Source: an uncultured Gammaproteobacteria bacterium (GTDB lineage Bacteria; Patescibacteriota; Microgenomatia; UBA8517). From it: a DNA stretch of 64,000 nt. The notes below the pieces were generated by a model that was given only the letters and a program-made list of their open reading frames with translations, was not told the DNA's origin and made no database searches. Each line of letters starts with the position of its first letter. The stretch's first letter is position 1. Location of the stretch: contig CAZOUV010000001.1 of the NCBI GenBank assembly GCA_964583105.1, positions 1,617 to 65,616 on the forward strand, given 5' to 3'. This document shows, piece by piece, positions 47,859 through 57,045 of the stretch. The position numbers and the translations under genes are program-made.

Positions 47859-48341
47859 ATGTTTAACAGTCCCACTAAGGGTGAATTGACCGTAGAAGAG
47901 GTAATTGGTGATGTTTCAAATTTTGTCAAAGCGGAACCAGGAAGTTATTACAGACTGGTTATAGGAACGGATTCTCAGGTTAAATCAATTAACGGAAAGA
48001 CCCAAATTGATTATATTACCGCGGTTGTTGTTCACAGAAAAGGTCGTGGGGCAAAATACTATTGGAAAAAAGAAAAAAAATATAAAGCACCAGTTTTGAG
48101 GGATAAAATATATACCGAGACTTTACTTTCTCTTTCATGCGCTCAGGAGATGGTACCTTTACTTCGAAAAGCCGTAACTCCAGTTAAATACGATTTTGAA
48201 ATTCATATAGATGTTGGTCCCATAGGTCCCACAAGAGACATGATCAAAGAAGTTGTGGGAATGGTTAACGGCAACGGATTTGTGGCCAAGACAAAGCCTG
48301 AAAGTTGGGGAGCATCAAGCGTTGCAGATAAACATACTTAG
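47859..48341 (+). CDS. hypothetical protein, possibly DUF458/RNase-H-like fold
   Basis: Weak recollection of a YkuK-like pattern (LVIGTDSQ...). Not secure. Confidence 0.35.
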   Translation: MFNSPTKGELTVEEVIGDVSNFVKAEPGSYYRLVIGTDSQVKSINGKTQIDYITAVVVHRKGRGAKYYWKKEKKYKAPVLRDKIYTETLLSLSCAQEMVPLLRKAVTPVKYDFEIHIDVGPIGPTRDMIKEVVGMVNGNGFVAKTKPESWGASSVADKHT

Positions 48342-48443
48342 TACCGATAGTAATTGACCAACCCCTCTATAAATATTTTATTAGTAAAAAAATTACACGG
48401 GCTTGAGATTGATGAAAGAGGCGCTATAATTAGAGTTGTTTTT

Positions 48444-49526
48444 ATGAAGGCAATTATACCTACGGGAGGAATGGGAACGAGAATGCAGCCGATGAGTTTT
48501 TATGTAAATAAACATTTTCTCCCCGTTGCCAACAAACCTCTCATTTTTTATCCTATTGAAACAATTGCAGCATCCGGTATTAAAGATGTTTTGATTACTT
48601 ATAATCCCGGAGGTTTAGATCTTGTTAAGAAGTTCTTGGGAGACGGAAGTACGTGGGGTCTTAAATTTACATACGTTGTTCAGGAGAATCCTCGCGGTGG
48701 ACTTGCTGATATTATTAGGGTTTGCGAAAAAGATCTTAAGGGAGACGTTTTTTTGCTTCATTTGGGAGATAACATTTTTACCGAGGGGATAGAGGAGTTT
48801 GTTAAATATTTTCTTGATGAAAAACCTAACGGGATGGTGACTATGCTTAAGTGCAAGGACAACTCCAGACTTGGAGTCCCTGTATTTAATAAAAAAGGTG
48901 AACTGGTTGATTATTTGGAAAAACCACAAAAACCTCCCAATCGATATGCAATTCCCGGATTATACTTTTTTGATAATAACGTATTTAAATGTTTTGACGG
49001 TAAAGATAAAATTACTCCTTCGGAACGCGGAGAGCTAGAAATAAAATCTCCTTATATGTGGTTGATAAAACATGGCTACAAGGTTGAAGTAAAGGAGTAT
49101 AAAGGCAAATGGCTTGATCCCGGAAAGTTTGATGATTGGATAGATTCGAATCAATATCTTTTAGATAAAACAGTAGAATCGAAAATTGAAAGTGAGATTG
49201 ATGAAGATTCCGATATCAGTGGAAGGGTATATATCGGGGAAGGTTGTACTATAAGAAATGCCGAGATTCGGGGACCCGTATCTATTAAAAATAATTCTTC
49301 GATAATTGATTCCTATATAGGTCCTTATACCTCAATAGACGAGGGTTGTATGATAGAAAAATCCAGAATAGAAAACTGTGTTCTTATGAATAATGTAAAA
49401 ATTTATAAAGTTAAACAACAAATAGACAACAGCCTTATTGGTCCCGAAGCTTCCATTTCTTCAACAAACGGACGACATTCATGTTTGGAATTCTTTATTG
49501 GAGAGAAAGCGGATATCAAACTTTAG
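48444..49526 (+). CDS. rmlA: sugar-1-phosphate nucleotidyltransferase (RmlA-like) fused to a C-terminal left-handed beta-helix domain
   Basis: MKAIIPTGGMGTRMQPMSFYVNKHFLPV matches the G1P thymidylyltransferase motif. Hexapeptide-like repeats (IGEGCTIRNAEIRGPVSI...) at the C-terminus. ATG 48444 is preferred over the track start 48354. Confidence 0.8.
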   Translation: MKAIIPTGGMGTRMQPMSFYVNKHFLPVANKPLIFYPIETIAASGIKDVLITYNPGGLDLVKKFLGDGSTWGLKFTYVVQENPRGGLADIIRVCEKDLKGDVFLLHLGDNIFTEGIEEFVKYFLDEKPNGMVTMLKCKDNSRLGVPVFNKKGELVDYLEKPQKPPNRYAIPGLYFFDNNVFKCFDGKDKITPSERGELEIKSPYMWLIKHGYKVEVKEYKGKWLDPGKFDDWIDSNQYLLDKTVESKIESEIDEDSDISGRVYIGEGCTIRNAEIRGPVSIKNNSSIIDSYIGPYTSIDEGCMIEKSRIENCVLMNNVKIYKVKQQIDNSLIGPEASISSTNGRHSCLEFFIGEKADIKL

Positions 49527-49529
49527 TTT

Positions 49530-50537
49530 ATGCATCTTCTTGTAACAGGTGGAGCCGGATTTATAGGATCAAACTTTATTAGATATTGGCTTAAAAATCA
49601 TCCTCAGGATAAAATAAATAACTTGGACAAATTAACATATGCGGGACATATGTCATCAATCAAGGATTTTGAAAATAATAAAAATTACACTTTTATCAAG
49701 GGAGATATTTGTGATCAAAATGCGGTTGAAAAGGCAATGGATGGTGTGGACTGGGCTGTTCACTTTGCTGCCGAAAGCCACGTTGACAGATCAATTGTAG
49801 GCCCTCAGGTATTTCTTCAGACTAATGTTATAGGAACACAGGTTTTACTTGATGCAGCAGTTAAACATAACGTAAAAAAGTTTCATCATGTTTCGACGGA
49901 TGAGGTTTTTGGAGAGCTTTCTTTGGATCCTGAAGAAAAATTCCACGAAAATACTTTGTATAATCCCCGCAGTCCTTATTCTGCATCTAAAGCAGGATCT
50001 GACCATTTGGTAAGATCGTATTTTTATACATACGGTCTTCCCATAACAATTACCAACTGTTCCAATAATTACGGACCATACCAAGATCCCGAGAAATTTA
50101 TACCCCGCGCAATAACCAATTTAATCGAAGGTGAAAAAATTCCTTTGTACGGGGACGGAAAATATGTCAGGGACTGGCTTTTTGTTGAAGATCATATAAG
50201 GGCAATAGAGATTGTCTTGGAAAAAGGAAAAGTCGGTGATACTTATTTGGTTGGAGGGCTTAGCCAAGATATAAATCATCTGGAAGTAACCAAAAAACTT
50301 CTTAACATTTTTGGAAAGAACGAAGACGGTATTAAGTTTGTCAAAGACAGAAAAGGACATGACAGAAGATATGCTGTTAACTGGACTAAAATCAATAAAG
50401 AGCTTGGTTGGAAACCAAATTTTGGTTTTGACGAATGGCTTGCAAAAACCGTAGACTGGTATAAAGAAAACGAATGGTGGTGGAAGCCGCTAAAGACGGA
50501 ATCGGAAAAACTATACGAAAAAACCGGACAAAAATGA
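49530..50537 (+). CDS. rmlB: dTDP-glucose 4,6-dehydratase
   Basis: TGGAGFIGSNF, catalytic TDE and YxxxK (YSASKAGSD). Confidence 0.95.
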   Translation: MHLLVTGGAGFIGSNFIRYWLKNHPQDKINNLDKLTYAGHMSSIKDFENNKNYTFIKGDICDQNAVEKAMDGVDWAVHFAAESHVDRSIVGPQVFLQTNVIGTQVLLDAAVKHNVKKFHHVSTDEVFGELSLDPEEKFHENTLYNPRSPYSASKAGSDHLVRSYFYTYGLPITITNCSNNYGPYQDPEKFIPRAITNLIEGEKIPLYGDGKYVRDWLFVEDHIRAIEIVLEKGKVGDTYLVGGLSQDINHLEVTKKLLNIFGKNEDGIKFVKDRKGHDRRYAVNWTKINKELGWKPNFGFDEWLAKTVDWYKENEWWWKPLKTESEKLYEKTGQK

Positions 50538-51091
50538 AAGACGAAAATTATATTACAAAAACTTCTATTGAAGGTCTTTATATTGTTGAAAGGCCGATAT
50601 TTTCCGACAACCGTGGTTTTTTCAGAGAAGTCTTTAGACTCAACGACCTTGAAAAGGAAACCGGAATAGAATTTAAAATAGTTCAATCTAACCATTCGCG
50701 TTCGGTTCCTGGTGTTATCAGGGCTCTTCATGCGGAAAACTGGAACAAACTGATTTATCCCTTAACGGGGAAAGCTTTTTCGGCAATTGTTGATATAAGG
50801 CCAGATTCCCCGACATTCGGAAAGTACGAAACTTTTGAGTTCGACGGCGCTAAGCCTAAAGCCATCTTTGTATCTAAAGGGCTTGCCAATTCGGTTTGTG
50901 CTCTTGAAGATGAACCTGTGGATTATCTTTATTTTGTTGATGCCTACTACGACGGAAAAGATACTAGAGCTATTGCATGGGACGATCCGGATTTAAACAT
51001 AAAGTGGCCGGTTAAAAATCCCACAATTTCGGAAAGAGACAGAGGTAACCCCAGATTAAGAGATATGTTTCCCGAAAAATTTAATAAGTGA
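50534..51091 (+). CDS. rmlC: dTDP-4-dehydrorhamnose 3,5-epimerase
   Basis: Cupin fold motifs (RGFFRE, LHAENW, YFVDAYYDGKD). Start ATG 50534 overlaps the rmlB stop (ATGA). The track start 50474 is an in-frame upstream extension. Confidence 0.9.
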   Translation: MKDENYITKTSIEGLYIVERPIFSDNRGFFREVFRLNDLEKETGIEFKIVQSNHSRSVPGVIRALHAENWNKLIYPLTGKAFSAIVDIRPDSPTFGKYETFEFDGAKPKAIFVSKGLANSVCALEDEPVDYLYFVDAYYDGKDTRAIAWDDPDLNIKWPVKNPTISERDRGNPRLRDMFPEKFNK

Positions 51092-51125
51092 TATTTGGTG
51101 TTGAAGCTAAAATTTTTATAATTTA

Positions 51126-52037
51126 ATGAAAAAAATTTATATATCGGGATCCAGAGGAATGGTTGGTTCCAGATATATGGAATTACTGCCAAAAAATTTA
51201 CTTCCCCTTACTCCGGAAATTGATATTTTGGATATTACTAATAGGAAATCAGTAAATGCATTTTTTGATAATGAGAAACCGGATATTACTCTTCACTTTG
51301 CTGCTTTTACGGATGTTGGTGCAGCCGAAAACCAAAGGGGAGATGAAAAAGGATCCTGCTGGAAGATTAATGTAGAAGGGTCGGCAAACATTGCCGAGGC
51401 TTGTAAGAAACATAATTCTCATTTGATACATATTTCAACGGATTATTGTTTTTCGGGATTAAAGGAAGACCCCGGTCCGTATCCGGAAAGACACCCCCTT
51501 GAAAAAGATGAAAAAAAGTTGACATGGTATGGATTTACGAAAAAGGAAGCGGAAAAGGGGGTTACAAAAATTTTGGGAGACAACTTTTCGATTTTAAGAC
51601 TAATATATCCGGTTAGAGGAAAGTTTGATGCTAAACTTGATTACATCAGAAAACCCCTTTCTCTGTTTGACCAAGGGAATCTCTATCCTCTTTTTTATGA
51701 TCAACAGGTTTCAATTACCTATGTTGACGAAGCATGTTTGGCTATAAATAAAATAATTGAAGAAAAGGCATTCGGTATTTTTCACGCAAGCACTCCGGAC
51801 ACAACAACACCCTATCACCTTATTGGTTATGTAATTGAGAAAGTAAGAGGTAAAAAGGATGTGGTCAAAAAATCTTCGCTTGATGATTTTTTAAGGACGG
51901 TTGATAATCCCGCCAGATACCCTAAATTTGGTGGTTTAAAAGTAGAAGAAACCGAAAAGGGATTAAATATGAAATTCAGTTCATGGAAAGAGGTTGTTAA
52001 AAAATTGATTTTCCAGGGTTTAGGAAAAAATTCTTAA
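51126..52037 (+). CDS. rmlD: dTDP-4-dehydrorhamnose reductase
   Basis: N-terminal Rossmann fold (YISGSRGMVGS), YxxxK (YGFTKKEAEK), and its operon position after rmlABC. Confidence 0.75.
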   Translation: MKKIYISGSRGMVGSRYMELLPKNLLPLTPEIDILDITNRKSVNAFFDNEKPDITLHFAAFTDVGAAENQRGDEKGSCWKINVEGSANIAEACKKHNSHLIHISTDYCFSGLKEDPGPYPERHPLEKDEKKLTWYGFTKKEAEKGVTKILGDNFSILRLIYPVRGKFDAKLDYIRKPLSLFDQGNLYPLFYDQQVSITYVDEACLAINKIIEEKAFGIFHASTPDTTTPYHLIGYVIEKVRGKKDVVKKSSLDDFLRTVDNPARYPKFGGLKVEETEKGLNMKFSSWKEVVKKLIFQGLGKNS

Positions 52038-53281
52038 AGACACTCACGCATGAGCTTTCTGGCAAATTTTTTATGTTCGTCTCCAATTTTTTGTGCAACC
52101 GCTTCTAACCAATCAGGATATGATTCTTGAATGTACTTAAAGCCGTTCTTCCATTTTAGTTGTGTTTCGGGATTAAGTTCTTCCCAGACCATGGCAAGCA
52201 CATTCCAAGACCGAAGAAAATTTTTTGAACCGGAAACTTGGCGCAGTGTATCTTTTATAATTGCTTCAGCGGGAAGCTCTGAATAATTCATTGTATCTAC
52301 GCCAGACGTTACTATTTTAACAAGCTTGTCTACTTGCATCGTCTTAATGGTCATAAGTTCCCGAATCAATGGAAACATATGATCATCCTTGCTGTAGTGA
52401 GAATTTCCGAAGTTTGACCCTGCATACATCAACGCATGCTCCAAAATAGTTGGAGGAGTATTTTTTCCTTCTCTTACTTCCGGGGAAAAAAGTGTCCTTA
52501 ATTTCTCCCTGTTGATTTCAAAAAATCCTTCTTTTCCTTCAAGGTCGTATCCTCCCGTCTCGGCAGCGTCGGCATAAGCGGCAAAAGTTCTTGCCACTAA
52601 AATATTTCCGTTATTTTCAAGTCTATCGGAAAATCTGGTAATGATAGGGGCAAGTCCACAGGGTTTATTATCATCATTTGGATAGAATATGTCGTACCAG
52701 TAAGGCTGTCTCTCATTTTTTTTGGGGTCAAAAGGTTCCTTGACGGAAATTGGTTTCAGATAGTGTGTGTGCGCTGCAATTGCATATGCGGTTAGTTTTT
52801 TAAGGTTTTCTTCCAGTAAATCTCCGGAATTTTGAAAAAAAATATAGGCTCCAACTTCAGCGTGTCCATTTATGTACTTAGTGTCTTCATATCGTCTTAC
52901 CACGGAGTTTCCTATGTCGTGATATATAGATCCCAGAACACAAGCATTAATATCCGATTGCGAAAAACCGTTTTTGACAAAAGAATCTCCTGTAGCGAAA
53001 GCCAGACCATGTAATGAATCCCTTCTTATATGATTTACGTCGTGTCCCGGAGATGTATTAGCAATTAAATTTTCAAATCTGGTGAAAAGATTCTCTAGGG
53101 TTTCGGAATTTGTTTCCATTTTTCTTTTGTCTGCTTCGTGGCATGTATTTAAATATCCCTCTTTGTTTCCAACCTCACTTCTTAGTGTGTCGATAAATTC
53201 CGTGATCTCTTTTTGTTTTTCGGCCGATGAATAATAATCCCTGTTTTCGATAGGAGATGGATGAAGTAATTCGTTTGACAT
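52034..53281 (-). CDS. HD-domain protein (415 aa), hypothetical phosphohydrolase
   Basis: VNHIRRD ... GSIYHDIGN (H...HD) ... AAHTHY. Confidence 0.45.
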   Translation of the reverse strand: MSNELLHPSPIENRDYYSSAEKQKEITEFIDTLRSEVGNKEGYLNTCHEADKRKMETNSETLENLFTRFENLIANTSPGHDVNHIRRDSLHGLAFATGDSFVKNGFSQSDINACVLGSIYHDIGNSVVRRYEDTKYINGHAEVGAYIFFQNSGDLLEENLKKLTAYAIAAHTHYLKPISVKEPFDPKKNERQPYWYDIFYPNDDNKPCGLAPIITRFSDRLENNGNILVARTFAAYADAAETGGYDLEGKEGFFEINREKLRTLFSPEVREGKNTPPTILEHALMYAGSNFGNSHYSKDDHMFPLIRELMTIKTMQVDKLVKIVTSGVDTMNYSELPAEAIIKDTLRQVSGSKNFLRSWNVLAMVWEELNPETQLKWKNGFKYIQESYPDWLEAVAQKIGDEHKKFARKLMRECL

Positions 53282-53284
53282 ATT

Positions 53285-53944
53285 CTAATTGTATATTTTA
53301 ACATGAGAGTTATATTTTTTTCTCCACCCGAATATTTCCTTGTGGTTCCCCGAAAGAAGTATTTTGGGAACAGACCAACCTTTATATTTTTCAGGTCTTG
53401 TATATTGGGGATATTCGATATACCCCGGTTTTGAATGAGACTCTTCAACTATTGATTCTTCTTTTCCGACAACCCCCGGGATTAGTCTTACTATTGAATC
53501 AGTAAGAACCATGGCGGGAAGCTCTCCTCCCGTAAGAACATAATCTCCGATTGAAATTACCTCATCCACTAAATGTTCGTGGATCCTGTGATCAACCCCT
53601 TCGTAATGACCGGCAATTAGAATCAAATGTGGAAGTTTACTTAAGTTTCTTGATTTTTCCTGATTAAATTTTTCTCCTCCCGCATCAAGAAGTATTGTTT
53701 TGGAATTACTTGTTTTCAATTCCTCTAAAGCCTTATCAATAACATCAACTCTCATTATCATTCCCGGACCTCCTCCATAGGGCCTATCATCTACGGTACG
53801 TCTATCATCCAGTCCCCATTTTCTTAAGTCATGAATATTTATTTCAACAATTTTTTTGTCCCTCGCTCTTTTAATAATAGATTCCGCAAAAGGACTCTCG
53901 AACATTTTGGGAAAAAGGGTCAAAATATCAATTTTCATAAACAA
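53285..53944 (-). CDS. trmD: tRNA (guanine37-N1)-methyltransferase
   Basis: MKIDILTLFP... and DDRPYGGGPGMIM are the SPOUT TrmD signature. Confidence 0.9.
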   Translation of the reverse strand: MFMKIDILTLFPKMFESPFAESIIKRARDKKIVEINIHDLRKWGLDDRRTVDDRPYGGGPGMIMRVDVIDKALEELKTSNSKTILLDAGGEKFNQEKSRNLSKLPHLILIAGHYEGVDHRIHEHLVDEVISIGDYVLTGGELPAMVLTDSIVRLIPGVVGKEESIVEESHSKPGYIEYPQYTRPEKYKGWSVPKILLSGNHKEIFGWRKKYNSHVKIYN

Positions 53945-54003
53945 ACCTATTTTAACAGTTTAGATAGTGATTTTGATAGACTAAACTGCTAAAGTAGCTA
54001 TAT

Positions 54004-55152
54004 ATGGATAAAGTTGTAATTGTTATGCCCGCCTATAACGAAGCGGAAAATATGGGGCCGATGATCACTGAACTTTTTGAAAATGTTTTCCCTAAAATAA
54101 CCGGGGCCGAAATGAATCTTTTGGTGGTTGATGATTTCTCTCCCGATAAGACGGGGGATATTGTTAAGAAATATCAGGATAAATACAAAAATCTTCATCT
54201 TCTGCAAAAGGAGAAGGAGGGTTTGGGATGGGCATATGTTAAAGGGTTTAGATATGCTATGGAAAAACTCCATGCGGATGCGGTAATGGAAATGGATGCG
54301 GATTTTCAGCATCCTCCCAGATTTGTTATTCCCATGGTTCAGGCATATTTGGACGGAGCGGATTATGTTATCGGATCCCGTTATATTAAGGGAGGTTCTG
54401 TTCCCAAAAATTGGGAGACCTTCAGAAAACTTGTTTCCTATTTTGGGAACATGTTTATTCGTATTGTTCTTGTAAAACCCAAACTTCATGATTTGACAAC
54501 GGGTTTTAGATTAACCAGGGTAAAAGGAGTTCTTGACACAATCGATTTGGAAAATTTGATGGAGCTTAGGAGATTTTCCCATAAAGTTGACTTGTTTTAT
54601 CAAACCACTAAACGGGCAAAAAAGATTGTTGAAGTTCCTTTGGAATTTGCTTCAAGAACCAAAGAAAAATCCAAATTCAATACCAAAGAAACAATATCTA
54701 CTTTTAAGGTAGCAATAATTTTAGGGATTAAGGATAAGATAAGGTTTATTAAATTTGGGATAGTAGGCTTTACTGGTTTTGTTGTTAATTATTTAGGGCT
54801 GGAACTTTTAAAGAGAGTTGGTCTTTCCACATATTTTTCAACTCTTTTGGCAACAGAAGCCGCAATTATTTCTAATTTTATTTTTAACAATATCTGGACG
54901 TTTAAGGATAAAACGATAACTAAAGTAGCAGATATCATTCCTCAATTTTTGAAGTTCAATGTTTCTTCGCTTTTTGCCGTAATTGTTCAGCCCTTAATTG
55001 TTACAGCTGCTACTAAAATATTTACAGACAGTTCAAGTATCCGTTTTTTTGCCTTGGTATTTGCACTGATTGTTATTGTCATTCCATATAATTACATTGT
55101 TTATAACCTCTTTATCTGGAAAACATGGAAAGCCCCCTGGAAGAAGAAATAA
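54004..55152 (+). CDS. GT2 polyprenyl-phosphate sugar synthase (Dpm1/ArnC-like) fused to a C-terminal GtrA-like 4-TM domain
   Basis: VIVMPAYNEAENMG, VVDDFSPDKT, EMDADFQHPP (the DxD/D-rich GT2 motifs), and C-terminal TM helices. Confidence 0.8.
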   Translation: MDKVVIVMPAYNEAENMGPMITELFENVFPKITGAEMNLLVVDDFSPDKTGDIVKKYQDKYKNLHLLQKEKEGLGWAYVKGFRYAMEKLHADAVMEMDADFQHPPRFVIPMVQAYLDGADYVIGSRYIKGGSVPKNWETFRKLVSYFGNMFIRIVLVKPKLHDLTTGFRLTRVKGVLDTIDLENLMELRRFSHKVDLFYQTTKRAKKIVEVPLEFASRTKEKSKFNTKETISTFKVAIILGIKDKIRFIKFGIVGFTGFVVNYLGLELLKRVGLSTYFSTLLATEAAIISNFIFNNIWTFKDKTITKVADIIPQFLKFNVSSLFAVIVQPLIVTAATKIFTDSSSIRFFALVFALIVIVIPYNYIVYNLFIWKTWKAPWKKK

Positions 55153-55158
55153 TACTTC

Positions 55159-56313
55159 CTAAAGAAACGGAGCCCAGTTTGATATCGGCATGGTGTTTTG
55201 GGAAATGTAGGCAAGGGAAAAAAGAAAAATAGGAATTACAATTACCCCAAAAACTATTTTAAATTCTTTGGTGATCAGAGTATCCGAATAGGCTTTAATT
55301 AAAAAAGGAACAACAGGAAGAGCGTATCTTAAAATATCTCTGTGGGCAACAAACAAAATCGAAAGAATAAATATTCCACTAAATAGATAAAGTACATAAT
55401 CCTTTTGTTTAATAAGTTTAATTACTCCAAATATTCCCAAAAGGTAAATAAATATTATTTCTTCGAGCCAAAAAGTTCCTACCCAAGAAGAGGAGTAGTT
55501 AAAAACCGAAAACGGCGGAAACATCAGATGAATATTGTCTCCCGAATGGAAATATGCCCAAAAGTCTTTCAGCTGAATTCCAAAAAGAAGAAAAACCAAA
55601 GAAAGCGACAGCGGAATAAACAGAATTGGCCAGTACTTTTTAATTTCATCAAACCTAAATGCTGCTTTACTCTTAAGAATTAGGGGTTTAACCATCGGTA
55701 TTAAAATTGCCAGAACATATGCTGCAAAAAGAAGGATTCCTGGAGGTTTTGCTAGTTGTGCAAAAGCGCCCCAAAGTCCTGCCGAGAAGTATTTTTTCTT
55801 TTGAAAATAATAGAGGGACGCAATAATTCCTGCAATAAATAAAGGTTCTGCGGAACCTACGGATTTTACAATCAGCCAGCGGGCGGGGAAAACTGAGAAA
55901 ACAAGGGTCAAAAACAGAGAATCTGCTTCAGAATGATACTGTTTTATAAATTTATAGAAAAAGTAGCTGGCGAGAAAAGCTCCTACAGAGGTCGTAAAAA
56001 GCATTGCATACGGAAATCCTAAAACTATGGAAAATATTCTAATGAGGGTAGGAAACAAGGGGAAATGTGCTGCGTAATATTCAAGAGGAAGTGGAAATTG
56101 AAAGTTCCATTTAATAAATTCGGGATTATAGAAGCTTTTGGCAATTGCAAGATAGACGGGTCCGTCATAGTTGGAAACGATTGTTGCCATTCCTGTCTGC
56201 GGAAGCGGAATTCCCCAAAAACTTTTAAGTCTTGCAAAAAAAGGAAGCCAAACCAAAAGCGTGGGAATAAGCGATATTGCAAAAATCAGAATAATCCCTT
56301 GAATCTTTTTCAT
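55159..56313 (-). CDS. polytopic membrane protein, possible GT-C-type glycosyltransferase
   Basis: About 10-12 TM helices. No soluble domain. Confidence 0.4.
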   Translation of the reverse strand: MKKIQGIILIFAISLIPTLLVWLPFFARLKSFWGIPLPQTGMATIVSNYDGPVYLAIAKSFYNPEFIKWNFQFPLPLEYYAAHFPLFPTLIRIFSIVLGFPYAMLFTTSVGAFLASYFFYKFIKQYHSEADSLFLTLVFSVFPARWLIVKSVGSAEPLFIAGIIASLYYFQKKKYFSAGLWGAFAQLAKPPGILLFAAYVLAILIPMVKPLILKSKAAFRFDEIKKYWPILFIPLSLSLVFLLFGIQLKDFWAYFHSGDNIHLMFPPFSVFNYSSSWVGTFWLEEIIFIYLLGIFGVIKLIKQKDYVLYLFSGIFILSILFVAHRDILRYALPVVPFLIKAYSDTLITKEFKIVFGVIVIPIFLFSLAYISQNTMPISNWAPFL

Positions 56314-56343
56314 TAAGTCTATTATATGCTAGACTTTGCCTGT

Positions 56344-57045
56344 ATGGCAAAAATAGGATCTCTTTCGGTTTTTTTACCCGCTTTTAACGAGGAAAAAAAC
56401 ATCGAAAAAACCGTATTATCGGTAAAAAACATTCTTTCCGGGGTTGCTGTAACTTGGGAAATTATTATAGTTAATGACGGCTCCCAAGATAAAACGGGAG
56501 AAATTGCCGAAAATTTGACTAAAAACGACTCAAGGATAAAAGTTATCAGCCATGAAAGTAATCTTGGTTACGGTGCTTCATTAAAAAGCGGCTTTTACAA
56601 TTCAAAATATCCTTGGATTGCATTTATCGATTCCGACGGACAATTTGATTTTTCCGAGATAAGTTCATTTATCGAAAAACAAAAAGAAACCCAGGCGGAC
56701 TTGGTAATAGGCTACTACAAAAAAAGAAAAGTTTCCTTTTTTAAGGTGATTACCAGTAAGGCATGGGAACTTCTGGTTTATCTTCTTTTTGGTTTAAAGG
56801 TAAAGGATATCGATTGCGGTTTTAAACTTGTTTCAAAAAGAGTTATTGAAAAAATTCCCAAACTGGAATCCGAAAGAGGAGCTTTTATCAGCAGCGAATT
56901 TCTGATTAAAGCGAAAAAGACTGGTTTTAAAATCGTTGAAATTCCCGTTACCCATTATCCGGCAACAAGAGTTGGAACAGGTAGAAAATTAAACGTGATT
57001 ATTAAAAGTTTTTCGGATCTGATAAAACTATGGAGAAAATTGTAA
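56344..57045 (+). CDS. GT2 glycosyltransferase (Dpm1/dolichyl-phosphate glucosyltransferase-like)
   Basis: LSVFLPAFNEEKNI, IVNDGSQDKT, FIDSDGQFD. ATG 56344 is preferred to the track start. Confidence 0.8.
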   Translation: MAKIGSLSVFLPAFNEEKNIEKTVLSVKNILSGVAVTWEIIIVNDGSQDKTGEIAENLTKNDSRIKVISHESNLGYGASLKSGFYNSKYPWIAFIDSDGQFDFSEISSFIEKQKETQADLVIGYYKKRKVSFFKVITSKAWELLVYLLFGLKVKDIDCGFKLVSKRVIEKIPKLESERGAFISSEFLIKAKKTGFKIVEIPVTHYPATRVGTGRKLNVIIKSFSDLIKLWRKL

